A DNA stretch of 57,615 nt, the filler included, from Diploschistes diacapsis (taxonomy: Eukaryota), in assembly GCA_023645945.1 (NCBI GenBank). It is 6 parts of 6 records of this genome, joined end to end, with 100 filler letters (N's around TTAATTAATTAA, not from the genome) between each part and the next. Parts side by side here need not be neighbours in the genome. Positions count along the whole stretch, not along the records: positions 9,632 to 19,160 come from JALAIB010001031.1; positions 19,261 to 28,789 come from JALAIB010001032.1; 4 more parts are not named here. One strand, given 5' to 3'. The position numbers and the translations under genes are program-made. The notes under the pieces are model-generated. The model saw only the letters and a list, made by a program, of their open reading frames with translations. It was not told the DNA's origin and did no database searches. This document shows positions 10,672 to 23,945 of this stretch, in pieces (position 1 is the first letter of the stretch; every line of letters starts with the position of its first letter).

Positions 10672-13600
10672 ATGGCACCTCACGCTACCGGAGGTCTGTG
10701 GCCAGAACGCAATGGTCAATCACCGCCTCGCTCTTCGAGAATACTACATACTGGCGTAGAAACGGTTGAGCCTATAGCTATCGTGGGCTATTCTTTAAAG
10801 TTTCCTCAAGATGCCACCTCCTCAGACGCCTTTTGGAAGATTATGATGGAGAAAAGAAACACGGCAACTGCTTTCCCCAAAAGTAGGATGAATATTAATG
10901 GCATGTACCATCCAGATGTAAACAGGCGGGGTCAAGTGAGTTCACGTGAAGCCAGCTGTGAATTCTGTTCTTACCGGGCTTGTTAGATACCTCTTCGTCA
11001 AAGCCATTTTATCCATGAAGACCTTGGAGCCTTCGACGCAGCCTTTTTTTCAACATCAGCAACCGACGCAGGCAGCATGGATCCACAACAGCGCCTGCTC
11101 TTGGAATACACCTACAAGGCTTTGGAAAACGGTAAATAGGATTGTGTCTCAGAACAAATGATCAACTAATACTCCATAGCCGGCATGCCGATGGAGACCG
11201 TTTCTGGCACGAAAACTTCTGTATACACAGGAACCTTTTCCACTGACTGGCAGCACCTCGCTTACAAAGATGGGGAACAATGCGGGATTACCACAGCTTT
11301 AGGAGTTCAAGCATGCTTCAATGCCAACCGAATCAGCTGGTTTTTCAATCTGACAGGCAACAGTGCAAATATCGACACCGCCTGCTCGAGTAGTCTAGTA
11401 TGTTTACATCTCGGCTGTCAAGGTCTGCGATCTGGTGAGGAATATATGGTTTGTTTTTGACGATGAAGTGAGCCTTGGTCTGGTTTCTAATTTAAAGCAG
11501 AGTATTGTAGCCGGAAGCAACCTGATACTGTCACCAGACAACGTACATTCTTTGACAAACCTGAACATGCTTTCGCCCGATGGACAATGTTATAGTTTTG
11601 ATCATCGCGGCAACGGCTATAGCCGAGGCGAAGGTTTTGGCGTTTTGATTTTGAAGCGCGTTTCTGACGCGATTCGAGATAGTGATACCATTCGGGGGAT
11701 TATCAGGTCTACAGGCTGCAATCAAGATGGTAACACCCCGAGCATTACTCTACCTAACAGTCTTATGCAGGAGCTCTTGATAAAGGAGACATACAAAAAA
11801 GCCAACCTCAGTATGGAACCTACAAGATTCTTCGAGGCCCACGGTACAGGGACTTCTGTAGGAGACCCGATCGAGTCCAAAGCTCTAGGTTCGGCTTTCC
11901 GGCATGTCCGCACCGGCGAAGATCCGTTGTGGGTTGGCGCGCTCAAAAGCAACGTCGGTCATTTGGAAGGAGCCAGTGGTATCGCTGGTGTAATCAAGGC
12001 TCTCTTAGTTCTTGAAAAAAGTATTATTCCACCAAACACTAACTTCGAGAAAGTCAACCCAAAGATCGATACGGATTTCCTACACATCAAATTTCCTCTC
12101 GAGCCAATACCGTGGCCATCAAAAGGGCTTCGTCGGGCATCCGTTAATTCTTTTGGTAATGCCGGAACAAATGCTCATGTCATTCTGGATGATGTTTTTC
12201 ACTTTCTTGAGGAACGGGGTCTCTCGGCACATCACTTGACGGTCCGCGACCCATCAGAGCTGACAGTCTTCAAGCCAACGGTGATCCAGTTTCCGGATCC
12301 ATGTATAGGCATTTCTATTAAAGCAGTAGCGAGACAGGATTCGAGGCCTAGACTACTACTGCTTTCCTCGGGCGACGAGACTGGAATCAAACGACAAGTC
12401 TCGGCATACATGTTGCACTTTTCTAAGATGGAAATACCGGATGCAGAGTTTCAGACGTATCTTAACAATCTGGAATTCACTCTCGCCTTTCGCCGATCCT
12501 CTCTCGCCTGGAAATCTTTTGCGGTGGCCAGATCTTTGGAAGATCTGCGCAACCTGGATGAAATCACCTCCAAAGCGAAAAAGGACACTGGAACCTCTGA
12601 TCTTGCATTCATATTTACCGGGCAAGGTTCTCAGTGGGCGGGGATGGGACGTGAGCTAATGGCATTTCCCGTATTTCAACAGAGTCTGCTCGAATCAGAA
12701 AATTATCTGCTGGAAATAGGATGTCAGTGGCGTCTATCAGAAGAGATGTTCCGCGTCAGTGGGTCGAGGATCAATACGCCAGAACTATCTCAGCCTATAG
12801 GTACGGCACTTCAGATCGCCCTCGTGCAGCTTCTGGGGAGCCTTAATGTTTTTCCTGTCGTGGTGATTGGACATTCCTCTGGTGAAATTGCTGCTGCTTG
12901 TAGTACAGGCGCCATCTCGGCTAAGTCTGCACTGAGACTCGCTTACCATAGAGGCCGCTTGGCAGAAGCTCTGGCTACTTCCCATGCTAAAAAAGGTAGT
13001 ATGACGTCCGTTGAACTATCAAGCGAAGACGTGCTGCCATATCTGAGCAAATGCGCTGAACGGTTTGGCCAACGTGGCTTGACGATTGCCTGCATTAATA
13101 GCCCGAAGAACATAACAGTGTCTGGGGATGAAGACCAAATCAACGGACTGAAAGAAATGCTGGACTCCGAAAAGATTTTATCACGAAAGTTGAAAATTGA
13201 CGTGGCCTATCACTCGCCTCACATGCAAGCTATTGCCGAAGATTATCGCTTGATGATACAAGACATTCAGCGTGGAAGTCCCCCTCTTAAACCTATCGCC
13301 ATGATCTCTTCCGTATCCGGAAAGAAAGTGTCGGAAAGTGAGTTGCTGTCACCGAATTACTGGGTATCGAACTTGGTTTCTCTGGTCAGATTTGATGAAG
13401 CTGTCGAGGATCTGTTCGCTCGATCGGTGCAGAAAGTTCGAAAGAAGCTTGACTTCAGCCATCGCAATAATCATCACGTCAATATGCTCGTCGAGATTGG
13501 ACCCCATGCGGTCCTCGAGAGGCCGATCAAAGAGATACTGATGAAGCTGCGTAAGCCAGCGAGCATCGGCTACGTCTCTCTCATGGTACGAAACAACCCA

Positions 13601-16600
13601 GCCAACGATTCCTTGCTCAACGCAATTGGCAGCATCAAGTGCCTAGGATACCCGTTGAAGGTGGAGCAGCTTAGTCCCATGGGCGGTAAATGCCATGACT
13701 CGCTCATGGCGCTGCCTGATCTGCCAGAGTATGAGTTTGATCATTCTAAGCAGTATTGGGACGAGCCAAGACTCAGCTACAGATACAGAACTCAGGAGCA
13801 GGGTAAATTGGACTTGCTAGGCAAGCCAGTGACGGACTGGAACCACATGGAAGCCGCATGGCGAAATCATATCCGCGCCTCCGAAATGCCGTGGGTAGAG
13901 GACCATGTGATCAATAGCGCTCTGATATATCCGGCAGCCGGAATGCTTGTGATGGCAATTGAAGCGGCGGATCAGCTAGCCGATCCAAACTCCCATGTGG
14001 TAGGATTTGAGCTGAAGGAAGTTTCTTTCCTGAAGCCACTTACTGTTGTTCAAGAACCCCATGGCACCGAAACAAAGCTTACAATACACATGACCGAGGA
14101 TGTATCAAAGTCTCTCAGTTCCTTCTCCGAATTTAGGCTGTTCGCCTATCAGCAAGATGATTGGCAAGAATGCTGTCGAGGCTATGTGCGCACGAGATAT
14201 TTAGCAGCTAGCAACGACGTCGATCGGAGGCCGGATGATCTAGAAGAACTCGAAGCCTGTCGTCGGATCGAAGATTCAATTTCTCGCTCCTGCCAAACCC
14301 CAATCGAGTCAGACGTGTTTTATAGAACCCTGCACAAGAGCGGGTTCGGACTTGGTCTAAGCTTCCAGCGTATCGTGAGCGGAACTTTTGGAGACCAAGA
14401 GCAAGCACAGGGGATCGTCGGGCTGTACGAATGGCCGGAGAGCAACTTCCCACAACCTCACGTGGTCCATCCCACCTCGCTGGATGCCATATTCCATTTT
14501 GCCATCGTTGGGCGCACCGAGGGGGGCCTCAAAGGCACCTCCACCATGATCCCGTCGTTCCTGCGGCGCATGTTCGTGGCCAAAAACGGCCTCAGCTTTC
14601 CCAGCAACGACCAAGTCAGGGAGAGCGCATGGAAGACTGGAGAAGACAGCCTGGCGGCCGAGTTCAGCGGATTCGGACTTAGCGCTGCTGGAGACAGCGT
14701 TCTGGTACAGTTCGACGAGCTGAAGCTGATTAAGATCGGCGACTTCCTCGCGCACGCTGCAGAGGAGCAACTCGAAACCCCCCAGAGAGCCTACTACATC
14801 GAGCATCGCCCCGATCCGGACTTGCTGGACCCAGCAAGGATGTCGGCGTATTGCGAGCAGATGACCGACTCGTCCGATAGCCCGTTTGAACGCTACCTTG
14901 ATGTGATGGCCCACAAGCATTCCGACTTGAGAATATTAGCAGCAGGATTCGAAGATGCGGAGCTGCACGCAAGCCTTCTACGAGGGCTTTCCACATACAA
15001 TGATTCCAACGAGATTTCGTTCTCCAGGTACAGCTCTTTCTGCTTTACTGCTCCTGTGCAGTCTGATGTGGATCAGGCCCGAGATCAGTTCCAAGCCTAT
15101 CCGTATACCAGGTTTTGCCGTCTGGATCTTGGGCGTGATCCCAGCGAAGGGCTCGAGGACGGGCTCTACAATATTGTGTTGGCCGCGAAGACCGTTGAAC
15201 AAAATGGCCTCGCTCTGCGCCAGATTAATAAGATGCTAAGCTCTGATGGCAAGCTGGTCCTGTATATACCGTGCTCGTCTTTTCCTGACAATGAAAAGCC
15301 TATAACCAATGGTTTTGGGAATTTCTTGACTGAGAGCGGCTTTGAGGAAGAAGGCCTAGAATTGAATATGGCAAATGCGACAAAATCATTGAAATGGACA
15401 ATCTGGGTCCATGGCAAAACTCAGGATACGGCAAATCAAGCTCATACTCCGCAAGTATTCCTGGTCCTGGATCGTGGTTCGGCCACCCAGACTCGAATTT
15501 CAGAAGCATTGGCCGCATTCCTGCAAAATTCTGGTATCCTCGATGTGGCAGCCCTGAGTCTTGAAGAAGCTTCGACTGCAGAGCAGGCAAATGGCGCAAT
15601 ATTCGTCGTCCTCCTGGAGGCGGATCAATCTTTTCTATATTCATTATGCCGGGATGCCTATTGTTCACTTCAACGCTTTCTAGTAGCGGCAAAGAGCGTC
15701 GTGTGGATCGATTTAAACGGAGGTTCTGTAGCTGGGAACCCAGAACACAGTCTTGTGTACGGTTTGGCACGAGCTCTTCGCAGTGAGTACGACAGCTATC
15801 AATTCAGCATCGTATGCTTCGAAGGCCACGCAGACTTGTCTGACTTGCAACTGCGAGGTTTTCTTCAAGTTTTAAGGCGAAATCATATCGAGCGCAGTGC
15901 AAAAGCTCAGGACGCAGAATACCTGGAGGTCAATGGAATGCTCACCATCCCGCGGCTGGTAAAAGCCTCAGATCTCAGCCTGGAGCTTCTAGCTAGATCA
16001 ATGCCACGGACCACCGGCGTGAACCGCATCGAGGATGCACCACCGCTGGTCCTGACCATTGGGTCTGTGGGACTCCTCGATACTCTCCATTTCGCGGAGG
16101 ATAAAGACAGTTCCTCGCCGCTGGCTGCCGACGAGGTTGAGATACAGACTAAAGCCATTGGCATGAATTTCAAGGACTGCCTAAGCGCCCTCGGCCAAAT
16201 AAAGAATACAGCGATGGGACAAGAATGCGCGGGGGTTGTCACGCGCGCGGGACCGAAGACTCGATTCATGCCGGGTAATCGGATTGTCCTGGCTGCAGCA
16301 GACACATTTAAAACGCTTGCCAGAGGCAAAGCCCACGGCGCGTTTCTGATGCCGGATGACATGGCGTTCACCACCGCCGCGGCAATTCCTACCCAATTCG
16401 GAACGGCGTGGGAGGTTATCCATAAGCTGGCTCGGCTGCGAAGAGGTGAAAGCATTCTCATACACGCCGCAGCTGGCGGGACTGGCCAGGCGGCGATCCA
16501 GATCGCAAAGTCGCTCGGGGCCACGGTTTTCGCGACTGTAGGATCTCGCTATAAGAAACAGCTTTTGATTGATGAGTATCAGATACCCGCGGAACGGATT

Positions 16601-18364
16601 TTCTACAGTCGTGACACGTCCTTCGCAAGGAAGATTAAACGCAAGACGAACGAACGCGGTGTTGATGTGATCATCAATTCCTTGGTTGGAGAAGGATTGC
16701 TTGCGTCATGGGATTGCATCGCGCCGTACGGCCGCTTCATCGAAATTGGAAAAAAGGATATCATGTCCAACTCGAGCCTACCTATGTTTGCCTTCTGTAA
16801 GAATGCCTCATTCATTTCTTTCGATGGATCACTCTGGCTACAAGACAATCCGCTGGAAGCCAGTAGAGATCTGGAAACATTGATTGAAATGTTCGCAATG
16901 AACAAGATCCATGTCCCACGGCCTCTGCATGTGCGCGATATATCCGAGGTCGAAAAGGTATTCAGACTGGTTCAGGAAGGCGCCAGTGCCGGGAAATTCG
17001 TCTTTGAAATTACCAAAGACTCTCAAGTTTTGGTGAGAGCAAGTCTGCGCGCCGGCGAACTCCTGCCAAAGCTAATCTTGAGGTTTTAGGCCACCCTCGA
17101 CCGGAAGAGACTTGAATTCGATCCAAACGCAACTTACGTACTCGCAGGAGGTCTCGGAGGCTTGGGCCGTGCCACGTGTCGATGGATGGTGAGCAACGGT
17201 GCTCGAAGCTTTATCCTGCTCTCGAGGTTTGGTGCACGTACCGAAATGGCATTTGAATTGCTGGATGAACTCCGAAGCAAGAACGTCCGCGTAGAGGCAC
17301 CTGCTTGCGATATTACAGACAGCAATGCCATGCAGGAGACTTTCACTCGTTTGAAATCCAGTATGCCCACCATCAAAGGCTGTCTCCAAGCCTGCGTAGT
17401 AACACGAGTAAGCCTTCCTGTCTTTGGCCCATTCCTATTGTATGCCCGGTCTATGCTCACGTTGGAATAGGATTGTCTTTTCAAAGACATGGATTACGGT
17501 AGCTGGCAGGTTGCCGTCGACTGCAAAACCGTCGGCTCCTGGAACTTGCACAAGATGCTTCCTTCAGGAATGGACTTTTTCATCATCCTGTCTTCCGGTT
17601 CTGGTCTTGCCGGCTTCCGCGGCCAAACAAACTACGATGCAGGGAATACGTACCAGGACGCATTTGCGCGATGGCGCACGGGCACGTGCGGCCAGAAGAC
17701 AGTGGCTCTCGACCTCGGCGCCATGATAGACGACGGCATCCTGGCCGAAAACCCTAAGCTCCTGAACCGGGTGCTGGGGTATGGAACGCTCGAGCCAATA
17801 TCACGATGCAAGTATTTTGCCATCCTGGATTATTTCTGTAACCCACGGATGCCCTTGCGGGCGGCGATACACAGTCAAATCGCCATCGGTCTTGGTGTCG
17901 GCGGGGGCTCGGGATTGGAAAGCGGCACGGGCCACGAGGGCAAGCCGATGCTGTGGCCGCTCGCGGTGGAGGGAGCTAAGATGGCTACCGACGCTGCCGC
18001 TCTGGGGGCTGGAGGTCCTGGGAACGCAGAAGCAGCCGCGGTCAGCAATCGCGATCTGCTCGCAACGTCAACGTCGCTTGACGAGGCGGCCGCGGTGGTC
18101 TCGCGCGCCGTTGTGTCGAAACTGGGCAAGTCTCTATTAAGCATGCAGGAGGCCGAGGCCGTCGACGCACGCCGGCCGCTCCAAATGTACGGCGTAGACT
18201 CGCTACTGGCCATCGAGCTGAGAAACTGGATCGTCAAGGAGTTTTTGGTGGAAATCGCCGTCTTCGAGACGCAAGGCGCGTCGACGCTGGAAACATTAAG
18301 CATGCTGGTTGCGGGAAAAAGCGAGATCAAGCACGAGAAATGGTCTTCCCATATTAGTAAATAA
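10672..18364 (+). CDS. Highly reducing iterative type I PKS, KS-AT-DH-(pseudo-CMeT)-ER-KR-ACP, ~2473 aa; exons 10672-10935, 10987-11131, 11180-11448, 11501-17032, 17090-17407, 17471-18364
   Basis: Five GT-AG introns restore one frame (7422 nt). [107 protein letters not shown]. No release domain. Confidence 0.95.
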
Positions 18365-18539
18365 GTGATTAGAGGTTTTCGAGACTTATAGGGGCGCCGG
18401 CAGAAGGCCAAATAAACGCAGATGTCAAAGCAAATTATAGAGGTGCTGTTAGATCAAACTTAGTATAGCATTTATCAAGCCTCAACAAGGCAGCATGGAA
18501 TGCGCTATGCTGCCAGAAAAGAAGATAGTAAATATCAAA

Positions 18540-19160
18540 CGCCTTGAGTTTATCGCGCCCTATTATTATTGTTAAAAGTAGGTGGATAGGTACGCAGAGG
18601 TTCTTAATATAATATATTCTGAACTAATCTTACCCTGCCTAGCCTGTTTAACTGACGACTTTTAGTTATGTTATTGTCAGAACAATAATTTAAATAGGTT
18701 GGTCTGACAGATTAAATAAGTTTTTATTATGTTTTAATAGAGTTTTAAAAGCTTTTAAATCATTTTAAAACATTTTAATGCAATTTTATTTTTCGTACCT
18801 TTTGTCAGTATAGACACAAATTATTAGTGGGAATGAAGATAAGATTGTAAAAGCTAGGTGGGATCAGCGAGCTCTTATAGCCATGAGGGTGTGGATGTCT
18901 AGCGGCATCGTATCGTCATTAACGATAGTGGCGAGGGCAAGAGCAAACGACCTAATAGTAACTGATAGAATTAATATCATATGTCTGGCGACACATGATG
19001 TCGCCCTTCAAGTTCCTAAGCGAAGCAGTTAGTATTAAGTAAAAAATCTAGGCTTAAAAAACGGGGTAGGTTTATTGGGGGTTGCACCCCCAAACCCCTG
19101 CTTTTTTTATTTGTGGGGATTGCATCCTTACACCCCTGCTCATAGAATTTAGGGTAATAT
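18540..19160. repeat. AT/TpA-rich, probably RIP-degraded repeat relic with a duplicated GC-rich hairpin (19077-19102 and 19115-19140)
   Basis: Abrupt switch to AT-rich sequence (TTTTAAAA runs) downstream of the PKS; two 26-nt copies match at 21/26 positions. Confidence 0.45.
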
Positions 19161-19260
19161 NNNNNNNNNNNNNNNNNNNNNNNNNNNNNNNNNNNNNNNN
19201 NNNNTTAATTAATTAANNNNNNNNNNNNNNNNNNNNNNNNNNNNNNNNNNNNNNNNNNNN
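19161..19260. other. Artificial contig linker
   Basis: N44-TTAATTAATTAA-N44. Confidence 0.98.
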
Positions 19261-20120
19261 GTTGGCAAGAAACCCACGGAGAAACTGAATATGGGACCCC
19301 CCTGATAGGAACCAACCGCTGTCCATACCCATCGCGCCCGACCCAATCATGTGTATTCCACTAAAGTCAACTTTTAAGGTGTCGTTCCGACTACTAGAAA
19401 AGAACGGGACTGTTCATCCCCTACATAAATTGGGGTTGCTGGAAGCATGGTCTGAAAAATTCTCTCGACAACCAGTCACACGGTGCCTCGGATCAGAGCA
19501 CAGGAAATCAAAAGCAATCACGCAAGCAGGCGTCGTTCCATTCAGAATTGTCAATTCAACATGTACCTCTCTACCGACACACTAGATATAATTCGGTGGG
19601 AAGGTGCAGAGTCTCCCGCCGTCTCCAATCCCTGCGTCTGCATCTCTCTGCTCCGGGTCTACCAATCAAGGGCAATAGCAAGCACGACGATCCATGTCCT
19701 TCCTCCCCAGGTGCCATGCCATCTTTTGCTTCGACTGTCAAACAAGCAAGCTCTGGATCCTACATGCGACAGGGTGGCGTACAGTTGACGAGGCGCAACT
19801 AGCAGGATATGGACCCCGGCTTTCAGCCTTCGGCCAGGTATGCAAAGGATCAGCGAGCGAAAGGTGGGGAGGAACTTTGGTGCCCAAAATGTTCCAGATG
19901 TACTGGAAAGCGGCGACAGCGGCATGAGCGCCGACCGTCAATAACTGAGATTCGCCCCAGATATGTCCTCCCACAAATGGGGTACCTGTAGAGCTAGATA
20001 GGGCCGTGGGACAGTTAGAGGCCAAGGGCTGTACCGTGCTGCAAAGCGTCTTTGTAGCCATGAACGTGAAGATGTTCCTTTCTGTGAGAGTACGTGGAGC
20101 CGCTGCATTGGGGCATCACC

Positions 20121-23100
20121 TCACTTAGTATCCTCTCCCATATCGGCGCCCCCGTTCATCTGAGGCGGTCCTTGCTGTGAAGGCATATGGTGGTGAACTT
20201 GATGGGGTTGTGCATATCCGGTGCTGGGGGTTCGGCGAGGCTGGTGAGAAAAGTGATGCTGCTGGTGGTACGGGCCTTGAGCGAAATGCGGCTGTGGTGA
20301 CCCGAAGCCCCCTCGCATTGCGGGCACTGAAGTCAAGTCAGCCGATGGGCCTTGAAGCATCGCCGTTTGTTTGACTTACTGTGTCCCGAGGGTTGTGGCG
20401 AGTACATTGGTTGGGCGAACTGACCGGCTGGAACGTAGATGGGCTGCTGGTGTCCCTGATGAGAGCCCTGGTGGACCATCATTGGTGCGTGGCGCCCGGG
20501 GCTAGGATAGCCGTTGGGAGGCTGAGGAGGCACGGGGTACATCGGACCGTTGGGACCGGCATACATCGGCATTTGATTGTAATGGACCGGCATGGGTTGC
20601 GGCGCATACCCACCCGAGGAAGGCTGCTGTACCATCAAGTGTCCTCCCGGAGCCGGCATCATCTGAGGGCTAGAGAACTGCCTTGCGCCCATTCCCGGGT
20701 TGGGATGCATGACGTACTGCACGGGCTGGCCGAAGAGCTGCGCGGGTGGCGGCATCGGAGACTGATAAGCCAGGTTATTGTTCTGCATGCGGGGCGAAGG
20801 GGCCGGATAGTGTGAAGAGTTCGAGGCCGAGGGACGCATGTGGTGCTCATCGTAGTGGTGCCCGTGCGGGTACTGATGATGCTGTGGCGAATGTACGTGG
20901 TGGGGCGCCTGTTGGGGAGTGTGCACCTGAGGTACCGGATGAGGTCCGTTCTGCAGATGGAACGGCAGCTGATGCTGGTGGGCAGAAGGGTTGATGGGCG
21001 GAGTCTGCGTGGGCGAAACGACGTTCTTCAAGTTGGGATCGCGGAGCTTGTCGAACGCTTCGGTATACTTCATGTACGGTTCCCCGTTCTCACCGTCTGG
21101 CGGGGGCACCCAGGTCGGAGCAGTACGATAAGGGTACTGGAAGCCACCGTTCTGGGCGGGCAGAGGTGCAGCCGGCTTTCCGTCGCTGCCCGTCCTGGTT
21201 CCATCTTCGTTCTTCTTAGGCTTGACCAAGCTGATGGGGTCCATGCGCTCGCCCCATTTGCCAAACGATTTGCGATCGCCAAAGAACTTGGGGGGGTTGC
21301 CGGCAGGCGAGATGCTGCGGGTAACGGAGCCGCTTCGGGTCGGGCTAGAGGCGACGGGCGTGGGGGCCATAGGCTTGAAGGTGCTGGCGGCGGGGTTCGG
21401 CCTGAACTCCCTTGCGGCTGCGTTAAACTTTGCCGAGGTGGCAGAAGGTGGTCCACGGAGAGTGGCCGACTTCTGTGGACTGACCATCGCACTGGGCACT
21501 GCTCTGTTGGTCGATCCCGAAACGTCTCTGATGGGGAGCGGTGCAGGAACGGCAGCCGCAGCGGCTTGGCCTGCTCTATGTAGGCGATGACCCTCCTGTA
21601 GCCTGGCGCTTAATCCTGGCATCGTGCGGGCAGTAGCAGCAAAGTCTTTCTCGGTTGTTTGTCCGGTCGGGGGTTGAGCTGCAGAAGGCGCAGCAACCTT
21701 GGCGAGTTTGCTCGTATCAGAAGGCAGACGGCCGCCTTCGCCTTCCCAGCGTGCAGCCGCAAGCAAGCGCTGTGACTTGGGATCGACCAACCCGGTCGTC
21801 GTACGGTCCGAGGTCTTGGAGGCGTCCGCGTTGCGTTGAGCATTCTCAACAATCTGTCTCTGCTTGCCCTCATCTTTGGCAAGGATGGGTATCAAATCTT
21901 TGGGAACGGGGGTGACGAGCTTGAAATTCTTCGAAAACTTCTTGAGGTCGTTGAGCCTCACGGCTTTATCCTGAGAGGCCCTGCTCCGCTTATTGTCTTG
22001 AATTTTGAGCTTTTCGACCGCCATAAACTGTCTGAAGGAATCCAACACTTCGTTCTCAACGTTCTCAGTAACTCCGGGTCGGCCCAGCTGCTTGGAAGCC
22101 TTTCCCTCCTTGGAACGGGACGAGGTTGGCTGGGTTCTCGGCTCGGCCTTGGACGCCTCGGCTTTAGCTTCCACCCGTGGCTCGACCCTCGCCTCGCTCT
22201 TCTGTTCTGACTTCTCGGCAGTTGCTTCCGGCTTCGCTTTCGTGGAACCTGGTCGCGCAACCTGCGAAGAGATTATAGCGGGATCGACGAAGGCATCTTT
22301 GGTAGAGTTTGTTCCTTGTTGTCGGCGTGCTGGCGCGACATATCGGCCAGCCTGGCTGGAGGCCAAGGGCTGGTAGTCCGGGACATTGCGAACGACTCCG
22401 CTGTACCTGAAGATTGTCAGTGATGTTGGCAAGAACTAAAGGCAGCAAGACATACTTGGCCTCTTCGTCAAGAGCTTCGTCGCCGTGGCCTCGTTCTTCT
22501 CTGACGTGCGGGTTGGACGATACGTCGCCTTCGATTTCTCGAGCAATCCGCGCAGCCTCTCGCTCTCGCATGGCGTACAAAGGGTTGCTTCGATCGATTC
22601 GGGTGGTATAGATGTTCTCGTCGTAGTCACTCTTCAACCCAAACTTTTGCTCGTTCGCCTTGAACTGGTCCCATTCTCCGCCAGCGGACGCGGACGACTC
22701 GAGCGACATGTCTACCCTGTTAGCGGCGGGGGCTTCCCAGCGCTGCAAGTTTCTCTCCCGCATGGCCTGATTTCCTGATATAGCGGCGTCGGTGCGGAAC
22801 GAACCCGAAGCGCCTCCTGATATATCGGCGTCGGTGCGGAATGAACCCGAAGTACCCCCTGGAGTGCCGTCAGTCAATCCAACACTGAATGCTTGTGGAC
22901 TGAGCTCACCATTTCCATAGCCCGCGCGCGTGTTCTGTCTCTCAGGCACATCCAACCGAGCCAACGAGCTGAGAGAAAAAACCATCGAGCGCTTGTCTTT
23001 GGTGTTGGGGGAAGCTTCAGATATTTCACCGTTTTGATGATTATCGGTCTGTGAAGAGGTGCTCTTAACCATCTTGAAGAGAACGTTGTAGTCGTCGCCA

Positions 23101-23692
23101 GACTTTTGTCCGCCAACCAGTACTCCACTGAATCCTTCCCCGGCCTTTGTGACAAAGGTGCAGTGAGATCCCTTTGATGTAAGTTAGAAGTTAGGTTGAG
23201 CGTTGGCCAGACGGCTTACAATGCTGTTGTACAATGCCAGTATCTGACGATCTAGGCTGTTCCTCTCTGGTTGAACGACGTTCTGTGAATAGCTTTGGTT
23301 TGAAGAACGAGAGCCAGCACCGTTTGCTTGCGGGTTGTTGGATCTTTGTGTGATGGGGTTGACCCCAGACGTCCAAGCTTTTGGTTGCGGTGTGCGCCTG
23401 GGCAGTGTCAATGGTTTTCTGAGATAAGCAAGCAAGAGATTGGATTGTTGGATGGTGCGGGTGAAGTTTTGGAGTAATGGAAATAGCAGCTGAATAAACA
23501 GTACGCCAACCTCAACAGTCATTGAATGCGCAGTGGGGGACCTCACCTCTGTGATAGATCATCGTCTGCTTTCTTAGAGTCCGACATCCTTGGAGCTGAA
23601 GGTGTCCTGGATTGCTGAGCAGCTGGAGTGACTACCTTGGAGTAAGAACCGTTCTGATCCTTTGCGGAGCCATTGACGGCATTGGAAGCCAT
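20121..23692 (-). CDS. PBP1: Pbp1/ataxin-2 family protein (Lsm, LsmAD, PAM2-like, P/Q/H/M-rich tail), ~1080 aa; exons 23692-23547, 23418-23220, 23171-22910, 22858-22456, 22406-20380, 20326-20121
   Basis: LsmAD signature WDQFKANEQKFGLKSDYDENIYTT...EEAKYSGV (restored by intron 22407-22455), FRTD motifs, PAM2-like KFNAAAREFRP. Predicted exons sum to 3243 nt in frame. Confidence 0.9.
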
Positions 23693-23874
23693 GCTGTCTT
23701 GAATGATGAAAAAAACTGGATGCCGAACCCTGCCTGCCCTTGTGTCACCAAGGATCTTGGCGACCGTGCAAGACGAGGCGCGGACAAGACTCGGAAGGGG
23801 CGAAGCTCAGGACACTTCCTCAGGCCCTCGGCGGCTTTCTCGACAATGAGCGAGATGCCAGAGATGGGAGAAGG

Positions 23875-23945
23875 CAAGAGGGAGAGGAAGAGGAAGGGGA
23901 AGAGGAAAAGGAAGAGGACAAGGAAGAGGAAGAGGAAGAAGGGGA
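23875..23945. repeat. Purine-rich (GAGGAA)-like simple repeat; pyrimidine tract upstream of the PBP1 start
   Basis: gagaggaagaggaaggggaagaggaaaaggaagaggacaaggaagaggaagaggaagaa. Confidence 0.7.

Noticed and set aside
10633..18364. PKS as a fragmented pseudogene (several separate ORFs)
   Set aside because: Five canonical GT-AG introns join all pieces in one frame with catalytic motifs intact.
20381..22778. Long plus-strand ORFs opposite PBP1 (similar ones lie opposite the PKS, BUD6, helicase and LAM genes)
   Set aside because: Antisense shadows of GC-rich coding sequence with no independent motifs.
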